The notes under the pieces are model-generated. The model saw nothing but the letters and a program-made list of their open reading frames with translations. It was not told where the DNA came from and ran no database searches. Positions 9,055-17,571 of a stretch of DNA of 47,222 nucleotides are shown one piece after another. Every line of letters starts with the position of its first letter. The stretch's first letter is position 1. Origin of the DNA: Flavobacteriales bacterium (lineage in GTDB: Bacteria; Bacteroidota; Bacteroidia; Flavobacteriales; Flavobacteriaceae); the NCBI GenBank assembly GCA_011525195.1, contig WTIP01000056.1, positions 1 to 47,222 on the forward strand. The letters are read 5' to 3'. The position numbers were made by a program, and so were the translations under genes.

Positions 9055-11325
9055 TTAAGCTTTTTTTGATTGCGCATCAATGACCGCTATAGCGGACATA
9101 TTCACTATTTCTTCTACCGAAGCACCCAACTGTAAAACGTGAATGGGCTCACTTAAACCCATTAGAATGGGTCCTATAGAAAGTGCTTCATTTAATTCCT
9201 TCATCAATTTATACGTAATATTGGCTGCATCTAGATTGGGAAAAATCAAAATATTCACCTTCTTACTACTCAAATTTGAAAAAGGGAAGCCATTTTGAAG
9301 CATTTCTTTATTTAATGCAAAATCTGATTGTATGGGTCCGTCTACAAGTAAATTAGGATTACTTTTGTGGAGCATTGCCACAGCCTCGCTGACTTTTTTA
9401 GCTTGAGGAAATCTAGAGGATCCAAAATTTGAAAATGACAAGAGCGCAACAACAGGCTCTAAACCAAATAGTTCAGCTGTTTTGGCTGTCATCTGTGTTA
9501 TTTTAGCCAATTCTTTTGCTGTAGGCTCTACATTAATAGTAGTATCTGAAAGAAATAAGGGGCCCGATTTGGTCAGCATTAAGTTAGCAGCCGCTACTTT
9601 AGATACCCCTTTTATCCTAGGAGTTGTTTCTAAAATGGGTTTTACTACTGAGGGATAGTTTCTCGAATAACCTGAAATTAAAGCATCTGCATCCTTATTT
9701 TTGATCATCATTGAAGCGAAATAGTTGCGTTCTCTCATCAATCGCTGGGTATCATACAAGGTATAGCCCTTGCGGCGTTGATCTTTCCAAAAAAGATCAG
9801 CATAAAGGTCACGCTGTTCTTTATAGACTTCTTCTTTTGGATCGATAACTTCAACTTCATCATCAAAATTCAAAGTAGCTCTTAGTTTTTCAATTTGTGC
9901 CCGATTTCCGAGGAGGATAGGTACCGCAATCTTTTCTTCGTAGACAATTTGAGCCGCCTTTAAAACATCAAGATGATCTGCTTCAGCAAAAATTAATCGC
10001 TTGGGTGCAGCTTTGGCACGGTCATGAAGGATGCGGACCATTTTTTGACTATTGCCAAGTCTGCTAGAGAGTTCTTCTGCATAAGCAATCCAATCTGTTA
10101 TTGGTTCTGTAGCTACGCCTGAGGCTATTGCTGCTTGTGCTACCGCAACTGGAATTGTTGAAATTAAACGAGGATCAAAAGGTTTAGGAATAATATACTC
10201 TCTACCAAAAGTCAGTCTTGTTTCATCGTATGCGACATTGACTTGCTCTGGAACAGGCTCCTTGGCAAGTGCTGCAAGTGCTTTAACGGCTGCCATTTTC
10301 ATCGGCTCATTAATTGTAGTGGCACGTACATCTAGTGCTCCTCTAAAAATAAAAGGGAAACCCAATACATTATTTACCTGATTGGGATGATCCGAGCGCC
10401 CTGTGGCCATAATTACGTCTCCACGGGTGGCACAGGCAAGGTTATATTCTATTTCTGGATTGGGGTTTGCCATGGCAAAAACAATCGGATCTTTCGCCAT
10501 AGTACGGAGCATTTCTGGGCTGAGAATATCTGCCATAGACAATCCAATAAATACATCGGCTCCATTTATGGCTTCTTCAAGTGTATCTATCGCTTCCTCA
10601 GTAGCAAATTCGCTCTTTTCTGCGCTGAGATGAGGGCGGTCTTTTCGGATTACCCCTTTACTGTCCAACATGATAATCTGTTGGGGTTTGGCTCCAAATG
10701 ACAAATAAAGTTTGGTACAAGAGATCGCGGCGGCACCAGCTCCTGAAACCACAATTTTTACTTCTTCAATTTTTTTATTGGCCAGCTCTAGGGCATTGAG
10801 TAAGGCCGCAGCAGAGATGATTGCTGTTCCGTGCTGGTCATCATGCATCACTGGAATCTCCAATTCTTCTCTTAATCGGCGTTCAATTTCAAAGGCCTCT
10901 GGTGATTTAATGTCTTCTAAATTAATCCCTCCAAAAGTGGGAGCTATTGCTTTAACGGCTGCTATAAATGCTTCTGGATCTTTGGCATCAACCTCAATAT
11001 CAAAAACATCGATATCTGCAAAAATCTTAAATAAAAGAGCCTTTCCTTCCATTACTGGCTTGGAGGCTTTCGGTCCAATATCACCAAGTCCTAATACAGC
11101 TGTACCATTAGAAATTACAGCAACTAGATTTCCTTTATTGGTATACTTATAAACATTTGAAGGGTTTTTCTCAATTTCTTTACAGGGGATCGCTACACCA
11201 GGTGAATAGGCCAAAGCCAAATCACGCTGTGTTTCGTAATTTTTAGTCGGGATGACTTCTGTTTTGCCTGGCCTGGGTTTGGCATGGTATACTAAAGCGG
11301 CCCTTCTCTGTTGTTCTTTGCGCAT
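9055..11325 (-). CDS. maeB: NADP-dependent malic enzyme with C-terminal phosphotransacetylase-like domain
   Basis: 756 aa. Malic-enzyme N-domain (LALAYSPGVA, GTAVLGLGDIGP), NAD(P) Rossmann motif (VVSGAGAAA), and a C-terminal half of about 330 aa that is PTA-like, as in MaeB. Confidence 0.92.
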   Translation of the reverse strand: MRKEQQRRAALVYHAKPRPGKTEVIPTKNYETQRDLALAYSPGVAIPCKEIEKNPSNVYKYTNKGNLVAVISNGTAVLGLGDIGPKASKPVMEGKALLFKIFADIDVFDIEVDAKDPEAFIAAVKAIAPTFGGINLEDIKSPEAFEIERRLREELEIPVMHDDQHGTAIISAAALLNALELANKKIEEVKIVVSGAGAAAISCTKLYLSFGAKPQQIIMLDSKGVIRKDRPHLSAEKSEFATEEAIDTLEEAINGADVFIGLSMADILSPEMLRTMAKDPIVFAMANPNPEIEYNLACATRGDVIMATGRSDHPNQVNNVLGFPFIFRGALDVRATTINEPMKMAAVKALAALAKEPVPEQVNVAYDETRLTFGREYIIPKPFDPRLISTIPVAVAQAAIASGVATEPITDWIAYAEELSSRLGNSQKMVRILHDRAKAAPKRLIFAEADHLDVLKAAQIVYEEKIAVPILLGNRAQIEKLRATLNFDDEVEVIDPKEEVYKEQRDLYADLFWKDQRRKGYTLYDTQRLMRERNYFASMMIKNKDADALISGYSRNYPSVVKPILETTPRIKGVSKVAAANLMLTKSGPLFLSDTTINVEPTAKELAKITQMTAKTAELFGLEPVVALLSFSNFGSSRFPQAKKVSEAVAMLHKSNPNLLVDGPIQSDFALNKEMLQNGFPFSNLSSKKVNILIFPNLDAANITYKLMKELNEALSIGPILMGLSEPIHVLQLGASVEEIVNMSAIAVIDAQSKKA

Positions 11326-11357
11326 GTCTTGTTATCTAGTATAAAGAAATGATTTTT

Positions 11358-12734
11358 TTATGAATCAGCTAAGCCCTTGTTTTGAGGTTGGCTGACAAAA
11401 AGAGAGAAAACACCTCCTATAATGAGAAATATACCCGCTAATCTGATAATATTAATCGGGTTTTGCCCTACTAAATCATAAACAAAATATTGAACAGAAA
11501 AGATTTGAATAATCATAGGAATTACAATAAACATATTGAAAATTCCCATATAGACCCCTGTTTTTCCTGCGGGTATAGAGGATGCGAGCATTTCGTAAGG
11601 CATCGCCATCATCGAAGCCCAGGTAATCCCTAGTCCAAAAGAAAATAAATAAATTTGAGCCACTTCTATCCCACTCCCTATAGGGATCGTAAATAATACA
11701 GTAGTGTCATTTAATAGTGGCATACAGAGCAAGGCAGATCCTCCTATTACCAAACTAATAAAGTGCAGTCTTTTTGCCCCTAATTTTCTCGCGATTGGGA
11801 TGAGTGCAAAAGCAATAAGAAAACAGATAATATTATAGGTTCCATTTAAATTTCCTGTGAGCAGTTGTGCTTGATTAAAATATATTGTATTCTGATCTAA
11901 AGTATCGTAAAGTGAAAGTGAGAGGGCAGATGTTAAATATTGCCAATAACAAAACATGGCATACCAGGGAAAAAACATCACGGGGATCAGTTGTTTCATG
12001 GTGAATGGCATTACTTTAAAGGCTTCCACTATATCTTTAACTGTCCTAGAAATCACATTTCCTTGGGCTTTTGCTTTTTGTATTTCCTCAAGCTCTTTTT
12101 CACTGGGTGGATATTCAGAGGTCGTCAATACTGTAATCAGTATGGTTATAATTGAGGCTGCTGCTCCTATTCCAAAAGCCCAATAAGTAGACACAGGGAT
12201 GCCATTATCCATTTTATCAGATAGTGCTAATACCCCAAAAGAAACCAAGATCGCCGGTGTGAAATTTGCTAAGGTTGTTCCCAGGCCTGTAAAAAAACTT
12301 TGTACCAAAAATCCAAATGAATATTGCTTTTCTGGTAATTTATCAGAAATAAAAGCCCGGTAAGGTTCTAGGGCGATATTATTGGCTGCATCTAAAATCC
12401 ATAATAGTCCCGCTGCCATCCAAATCGAGCTGGAATAGGGCATAAAGACCAAACTGATACTCGCTATTAGAGCACCTATTAGAAAAAAAGGCTTTCTTCT
12501 CCCTAGCTTAGGAGACCAAGTGCCATCACTAATAGCACCAATTATAGGCTGTACAACTAATCCAGTAACAGGCCCCGCAAGCCACAGCAAGGGCAATTCG
12601 GCTTCTTCTGCACCTAAATATTTATAAATGGCACTCATATTGCTTTGTTGAAGGCCAAAACTGAATTGAACCCCGAAAAAGCCAAAATTCATCGTTAGTA
12701 TTTGCCAAAAATTGAGCTTTTTTTTATTTATCAT
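11358..12734 (-). CDS. MFS/GPH-type sugar:cation symporter (SLC45 / sucrose-maltose transporter-like)
   Basis: 458 aa with about 12 predicted TM segments. N-terminal motif GAISDGTWSPKLGRRKPFFLIG (RxGRRxP-type) is typical of SLC45/GPH sugar symporters. Only 7 nt separate it from the upstream gene. Confidence 0.75.
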   Translation of the reverse strand: MINKKKLNFWQILTMNFGFFGVQFSFGLQQSNMSAIYKYLGAEEAELPLLWLAGPVTGLVVQPIIGAISDGTWSPKLGRRKPFFLIGALIASISLVFMPYSSSIWMAAGLLWILDAANNIALEPYRAFISDKLPEKQYSFGFLVQSFFTGLGTTLANFTPAILVSFGVLALSDKMDNGIPVSTYWAFGIGAAASIITILITVLTTSEYPPSEKELEEIQKAKAQGNVISRTVKDIVEAFKVMPFTMKQLIPVMFFPWYAMFCYWQYLTSALSLSLYDTLDQNTIYFNQAQLLTGNLNGTYNIICFLIAFALIPIARKLGAKRLHFISLVIGGSALLCMPLLNDTTVLFTIPIGSGIEVAQIYLFSFGLGITWASMMAMPYEMLASSIPAGKTGVYMGIFNMFIVIPMIIQIFSVQYFVYDLVGQNPINIIRLAGIFLIIGGVFSLFVSQPQNKGLADS

Positions 12735-12741
12735 TAGAAAT

Positions 12742-14079
12742 TTAATTAACTGAGTTCATCGTCTGTATTTGATCGACAATATATTCCCCTACTGCTTGCC
12801 CCTGCTTTACACCTTCCTCAATTGCCATCATATAATGAATACCTCCATAAAGTCTGGATATTGCAGCTTCTTCCGACGCATGAATAAAAGAATTATACTT
12901 GCGCTCAGGCAGACCATAAAGTACTTCTGTAGTGTCTGTAAAAGCAAAGTTATCTCCATAGAGATCCGTTAGTATAACTGCCGCCGCCCTAGAAATAACG
13001 GAATGACCACTCGTATACTCGGGGAAGGGAGGTGTTTGAAGTAAGGGTAGCCACTCTTCATCGTAATATTGATTAATCAGCGTTTCAGGACGTACCACAA
13101 GGGTATTCCATTTTTCATCCCAACAACTGATAAAGGCATCAAAAAGGGCAATGGAAACATTGGCATAGGCATTTATGGTTTCATCAAAAGTGTTCTGCGC
13201 TTGCCGAGTTGTCACCGCTGTAATACCAATCCAGTGGCCGCCTGGAGTAATTTTTTTTGTTGCAAACATAGCGTGGCCTCTGTGGTGTGTTACGTAAGGA
13301 TTACAGTCCCAAAATTGAGCGATCTCAAGCTGTTCATCATTGAGTTCATTCGTCACATTAAATACCTGCATTAATTGCTTTTGAAAGGGACTTCCCTCTG
13401 AAAGATCAAAGGCTAAAGGTGGTTTGGGTTCAAATTGATTTGAAGAGTCTAGTACCATCGTTCGAATCTCTTTCCAGTGGGGTTCGATACCATCCATATA
13501 ATCTGGAGGAGTTGGCTTCCAAAAACGGTCTTCCTCTCGAATTGTATATTTGGGATAGGTTCTCGTTTGAAGATACAGATCACCAGAAGCCCATTCTAGA
13601 ATAAAGGCAGCCACTTCTTTGCCGTAATTTTTTGAGGCCTCTGATATTTGGCTTGGTACTTTCATTTCTTTTAATTGCGCATCAAACTGTTCTTCAAAAC
13701 GCTCCATCATATTTTCAGAAAAAATCAGCGCCTTACCCACTGTATTAAAGGCAAATAAGGAAGCGAGATGTAGGTTTACGGCTTCTTCTCCTGGGGCAGG
13801 AATTGTCTCAAGTCCTTTAACTTGACCCACTAAAGAATTGTATTTTTCGGGGTATTTTGAGGCAATGATTTCATAGGCGGCTATTGTAGGATATAAATAA
13901 ACCCTTGAGGCGACAGGAGGTGAAAAAATATCATAAACAATAATATCTGTTAAATTTTGCATGGCACGCTGAAAAAGTTCAGGATTATCGACTTTTTGAA
14001 GGTAAGTCGTGTCTTGCTCAAGCTGGCAGGAAGTTAAAATGAATGCGAATAAGAGAACTGTCCATTTTATAATTCTCAT
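12742..14079 (-). CDS. vanadium-dependent haloperoxidase / PAP2-superfamily lipoprotein
   Basis: Lipoprotein signal (LLFAFILTSC). Motifs seen: FWDCNP...TPGGHW, KWNTLVVRP (KxxxxxxRP), YTSGHSVIS (SGH) and SRLYGGIHY (SRxxxxxH). This is the full PAP2/V-haloperoxidase anion-binding set. Confidence 0.7.
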   Translation of the reverse strand: MRIIKWTVLLFAFILTSCQLEQDTTYLQKVDNPELFQRAMQNLTDIIVYDIFSPPVASRVYLYPTIAAYEIIASKYPEKYNSLVGQVKGLETIPAPGEEAVNLHLASLFAFNTVGKALIFSENMMERFEEQFDAQLKEMKVPSQISEASKNYGKEVAAFILEWASGDLYLQTRTYPKYTIREEDRFWKPTPPDYMDGIEPHWKEIRTMVLDSSNQFEPKPPLAFDLSEGSPFQKQLMQVFNVTNELNDEQLEIAQFWDCNPYVTHHRGHAMFATKKITPGGHWIGITAVTTRQAQNTFDETINAYANVSIALFDAFISCWDEKWNTLVVRPETLINQYYDEEWLPLLQTPPFPEYTSGHSVISRAAAVILTDLYGDNFAFTDTTEVLYGLPERKYNSFIHASEEAAISRLYGGIHYMMAIEEGVKQGQAVGEYIVDQIQTMNSVN

Positions 14080-14220
14080 ATTATAATTGTTTTAGGTGAT
14101 TTTCTCTATTACTAGTTCTAGCCGATGCTAATAGAAATTTATTAATGTGAAATTAAGTATTAAAATTACTATTTTTCAATCAAACAGCTCAGCAATACCT
14201 AAGCGAATCGGTATTCTAGT

Positions 14221-17200
14221 CTACTTTTTTTCAAAAGTGAGTAATCGGCTTTGATTTTGGGTTACTAACAACAGCTGTTTCCCGTTTTTTAAGTTTATTT
14301 TCTTTATCTCTCTGGCATCTCCAAAAACATGAAATCCAGATTCTTGGGCGCTAATTATGGTGTGTTTCCCTTCCGTATTCCACTTTAAAATAGTGCCTTG
14401 CAAAGCATCTGAATTTCCTTCAAAAGGAGCGCCACCAAAATCATTACCAACAGCAAAAATAGTGGATTGCCCCTCAGATTTTAAAACGAGGAAATCATTA
14501 ATAGGCCCCAGCTGTAGAGGCGCAGGTAAATTGTGAAGTTTAAATTCTAAATTCCCTAAATTTTCTATCCATTTTGATTCATCATAAGCAGCATACATCA
14601 AACTGTCTTGGTGTAAAAAATCTCTTTTTTGATAATAATCAAATGACGCTCTAGAGAAAGCATGATAAGAATTAAATTCTTGTCGGAAGCGAGGACTTTG
14701 CTGTGATAAATTATCCCAAAACTGTGCGGGATACATATTTAGATCTCCCTTGCTATTGGTCTGTGCATTAAAAATCAATGGGTCTATGGTTCCATTATTA
14801 TCCACATCTCTAGTAGAAATGATGAGAGGTGTTTCAGGAGTAATAGCAAGCATATTATTCTTTCCTAAATTGCCTAGTAAAAAATCCAAATCGCCGTCCT
14901 GATCAAGGTCTACCACCTCAAGCGCTCGCCACAATCCTAAGGCTTCCTCTAGGGTGTTAGATTCCATTTTTTGAAATCCATCCTCCTTATTGAGTAAAAC
15001 CGTAACGGGACTATACTCCCCTACTAATATTAAATCAGCTCTTCCATCAGAATTGAGATCTGCGCTTTGTGCATCTGTTAGTAATCCAAAAGAATCAAAA
15101 GAGGGCAATAAAGTAGTTGTAACGTCTTCGAAAACTCCATTTGTATTTTTCAATAAATAACTTTTGTCAGATAAAGGATAGGCATTAGGTTGGTTAAAGC
15201 CCCCAATAAATAAATCTTCATCACCATCTAAATCAAAATCAAAGGGAAGCACTATACATCCATTTGTTCTGATATCAGGAAGATTCGCCTCCATTTGTGT
15301 AAATATTCCTGAACCGTCATTCAGCAATAGACGGTCTTTATACTTTTCAGACCCCGGATCAAATTCATTTCCTCCAGAAACTAAATATAGGTCTAAGTCA
15401 CCATCTTGATCTGCATCAAAAAGAGCGAAATCTTCAACTTCAAAGGCTTTATCTTTTTCATTTGTAAAAAGTGGTATTGTTTTGAAATCGCTCGATTCAG
15501 TTTGAAAAAATAATTGAGGAGAGAATGAGGTGGAGCTACCAATAATAAAATCCTCTAATTGATCTCCATTAAGATCACCTACTTCTATACAGGGTCCATT
15601 TTGAGAAATTTTATGGGGCAAAAGACGTTGTTTAAAAAAATCTTGTACATTTTTTTCATTGTGGGTAAAATCGATCTGATACTTTTTAGAAACCTCTTGA
15701 TAAAGTTTGGGTTGTTCTTTTTCTACAAATGGAAAACTTAGAACTTCTGCTTTTTTTGCTGTTTGATAAGTAATACGGTGTCTTTTATTTATACTCGGTT
15801 GGTTTAAAATTGAAAGTTTACCCTCTGGCCAGAGTACTTCTATGTCTTTTACTTCTGAAGCATCTCCTAAACCAAAATACATTACAGGGTCTACTGAAGA
15901 CATATACCCTCTGGTGAGTTGCTGTTCCTGATATTGTAATTGACCGTCCGAAAACCGGACCGCTACTTTAGCCCCTAGTGCGAGGGGATTTTGCTGACTT
16001 CCAATTAATTCTAACTGTATATAATTTGATTTCTGTTCTTTGGAAGTCAATTTATTTTCAAAGATGAAAGCTGGGTCATTGATATTATTGACAACATAAT
16101 CTAAATCTCCATCTAAATCTAAATCACAAAATACGGCGCCATTAGAAAAAGAAGGCTTTCCCAAACCCCAGAAATCACTTACGTCATTGAAGGTTAGGTC
16201 TGAATTATTTTTAAAAGCATAATTAGGGATTTTAACTATGGGAATAGAATCTAGCAATTGTTTTATTGGGGTATGTGCCCCGTATTGTAAGCGGTAATTC
16301 GCAAAATCCATATCTGTAATATCTCTAGGAAAACCATTAGTAATGACTAAGTCTCTGTGTCCATCATTATCAAAATCTGCAAAAAGTGGAGACCAACTCC
16401 AATCTGTCTGATAAACTCCAGAAAATTGACCAATTTCAGAAAAAGGCAGTCCCGAACCATTGTTTTTAAATAACATATTACGCATATGTTGATCTTGATA
16501 GCCCCATTTTTTATTGAGTACATTCTGAAAGAAAAAACTCTTTGATATTGTAGTTTTTCTTCTTTCATGACTCTCTCCTAACATATCTAATGAAATCAGG
16601 TCAGTATATCCGTCGTGATTAAAATCTGAAGCATCTGAACCCATCGAAAATTTACTCTGGTGCAGTAAGTAGTTTTGAACTTCATTTTTAAAAGTACCAT
16701 CCTTTTGATTGATATATAAAAGGTCATTGGTCAAATAATCATTTGTGATATATAAGTCGATCCATTGGTCTTTATTAATATCTAGTGGGGTTACACTCAA
16801 TCCAAAACCCTCAAAAACAATCCCAGCTTTTAGTGTAATATCAGTAAAAGTACCTTCCCCATTATTTTGATACAATTTATCGTTACTAGGTGCTGTTCCA
16901 TCAATGATTTTTTTCCTGTAATTGGTAGGTATTGTTTCGTTCTGCTCGTTGTTGAGGACATAAAGATCTAAGTCGCCGTCACGATCAAAATCTATAAAGG
17001 CTGCACCCATACTATTACCTGGATCATCTATTCCATATTGAGATGCTTTTTCATTAAATACAGGTATTCCCTGCTCATTTAGCCCTTGATTAATATAAAG
17101 TCTATTTTTTCTATTATTTTCATGCATTGCACCTGAGATGTAGAGATCTAACCATCCATCAGCATTAAGGTCTATGACTGTTACGCCTGTGGACCAATAT

Positions 17201-17514
17201 CCTTCTGAGTTGAGCTGCGCTTGATTTGTTACCTTTTTAAATTTTAAAGCCCCTTGATTGAGGTAGAGCTCATTACTCACCATATTTCCTGTAAAGAACA
17301 GATCAGGTAAGCCATTTTGATCAAAGTCTGCAACAGCTACTCCTCCTCCATTAAATATATATTCTTCGGTAAGTATATTAAAATCATCAGATTCGGTAAT
17401 CTTATTATTAAAATCTACACCCGTTTCAGTAGCTTCAGTAAGCTGAAAAAGAGTCTCTCTCTTTTGACAAGAGGAAAGACAAAACGCAATAACAAGGAGA
17501 TGAAAAAATTTCAT
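14221..17514 (-). CDS. FG-GAP/VCBS repeat + UnbV/ASPIC domain lipoprotein (CRTAC1-like)
   Basis: 1097 aa with a lipoprotein signal (IAFCLSSC). There are 13 DxDxDG-type Ca-binding loops (e.g. IDFDRDGDLDLY, CDLDLDGDLDYV, VDLDQDGDLDFL): 7 before and 6 after a central UnbV/ASPIC-like segment (RGYMSSVDPVMYFGLGDASEVKDIEVLWPEGK). Confidence 0.75.
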   Translation of the reverse strand: MKFFHLLVIAFCLSSCQKRETLFQLTEATETGVDFNNKITESDDFNILTEEYIFNGGGVAVADFDQNGLPDLFFTGNMVSNELYLNQGALKFKKVTNQAQLNSEGYWSTGVTVIDLNADGWLDLYISGAMHENNRKNRLYINQGLNEQGIPVFNEKASQYGIDDPGNSMGAAFIDFDRDGDLDLYVLNNEQNETIPTNYRKKIIDGTAPSNDKLYQNNGEGTFTDITLKAGIVFEGFGLSVTPLDINKDQWIDLYITNDYLTNDLLYINQKDGTFKNEVQNYLLHQSKFSMGSDASDFNHDGYTDLISLDMLGESHERRKTTISKSFFFQNVLNKKWGYQDQHMRNMLFKNNGSGLPFSEIGQFSGVYQTDWSWSPLFADFDNDGHRDLVITNGFPRDITDMDFANYRLQYGAHTPIKQLLDSIPIVKIPNYAFKNNSDLTFNDVSDFWGLGKPSFSNGAVFCDLDLDGDLDYVVNNINDPAFIFENKLTSKEQKSNYIQLELIGSQQNPLALGAKVAVRFSDGQLQYQEQQLTRGYMSSVDPVMYFGLGDASEVKDIEVLWPEGKLSILNQPSINKRHRITYQTAKKAEVLSFPFVEKEQPKLYQEVSKKYQIDFTHNEKNVQDFFKQRLLPHKISQNGPCIEVGDLNGDQLEDFIIGSSTSFSPQLFFQTESSDFKTIPLFTNEKDKAFEVEDFALFDADQDGDLDLYLVSGGNEFDPGSEKYKDRLLLNDGSGIFTQMEANLPDIRTNGCIVLPFDFDLDGDEDLFIGGFNQPNAYPLSDKSYLLKNTNGVFEDVTTTLLPSFDSFGLLTDAQSADLNSDGRADLILVGEYSPVTVLLNKEDGFQKMESNTLEEALGLWRALEVVDLDQDGDLDFLLGNLGKNNMLAITPETPLIISTRDVDNNGTIDPLIFNAQTNSKGDLNMYPAQFWDNLSQQSPRFRQEFNSYHAFSRASFDYYQKRDFLHQDSLMYAAYDESKWIENLGNLEFKLHNLPAPLQLGPINDFLVLKSEGQSTIFAVGNDFGGAPFEGNSDALQGTILKWNTEGKHTIISAQESGFHVFGDAREIKKINLKNGKQLLLVTQNQSRLLTFEKK

Positions 17515-17523
17515 AAAAAAAAA

Positions 17524-17547
17524 CCGCGAAGTAAAGATACTCCGCGG
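17524..17547 (-). terminator. strong rho-independent terminator between susD-like and VCBS genes
   Basis: Minus-strand RNA is CCGCGGAGUA-UCUU-UACUUCGCGG: a 10-bp stem including one G-U, with a tetraloop. It is followed directly by U9 (17523-15) and then the AUG of the VCBS gene (17514). Confidence 0.7.
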
Positions 17548-17571
17548 TTTTGAATTATCAAAGATTAACTA

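Noticed and set aside
9054-9080. N-terminal extensions in the ORF track for ruvA (to 9080), infB (to 39338), the SPOR gene (from 36191), actF (to 29190) and the VanZ-like gene (to 614)
   Set aside because: All of these begin at TTG. They add non-homologous residues and create overlaps with the upstream gene. Internal ATGs give canonical N-termini, so the shorter models were used.
10712-11152. 146-aa plus-strand ORF, and the similar plus-strand ORFs at 10387-10701 and 10403-10633, inside maeB
   Set aside because: They lie entirely antisense to a confidently identified gene. Their composition is Ala/Ser/Ile-rich low-complexity sequence typical of shadow frames, and they have no recognisable motif.
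14194-14215. Hairpin AATACC-N10-GGTATT just downstream of the VCBS gene stop
   Set aside because: The stem is only 6 bp and AT-rich, the loop is 10 nt, and no U-tract follows on the minus strand. Evidence for an intrinsic terminator is insufficient.
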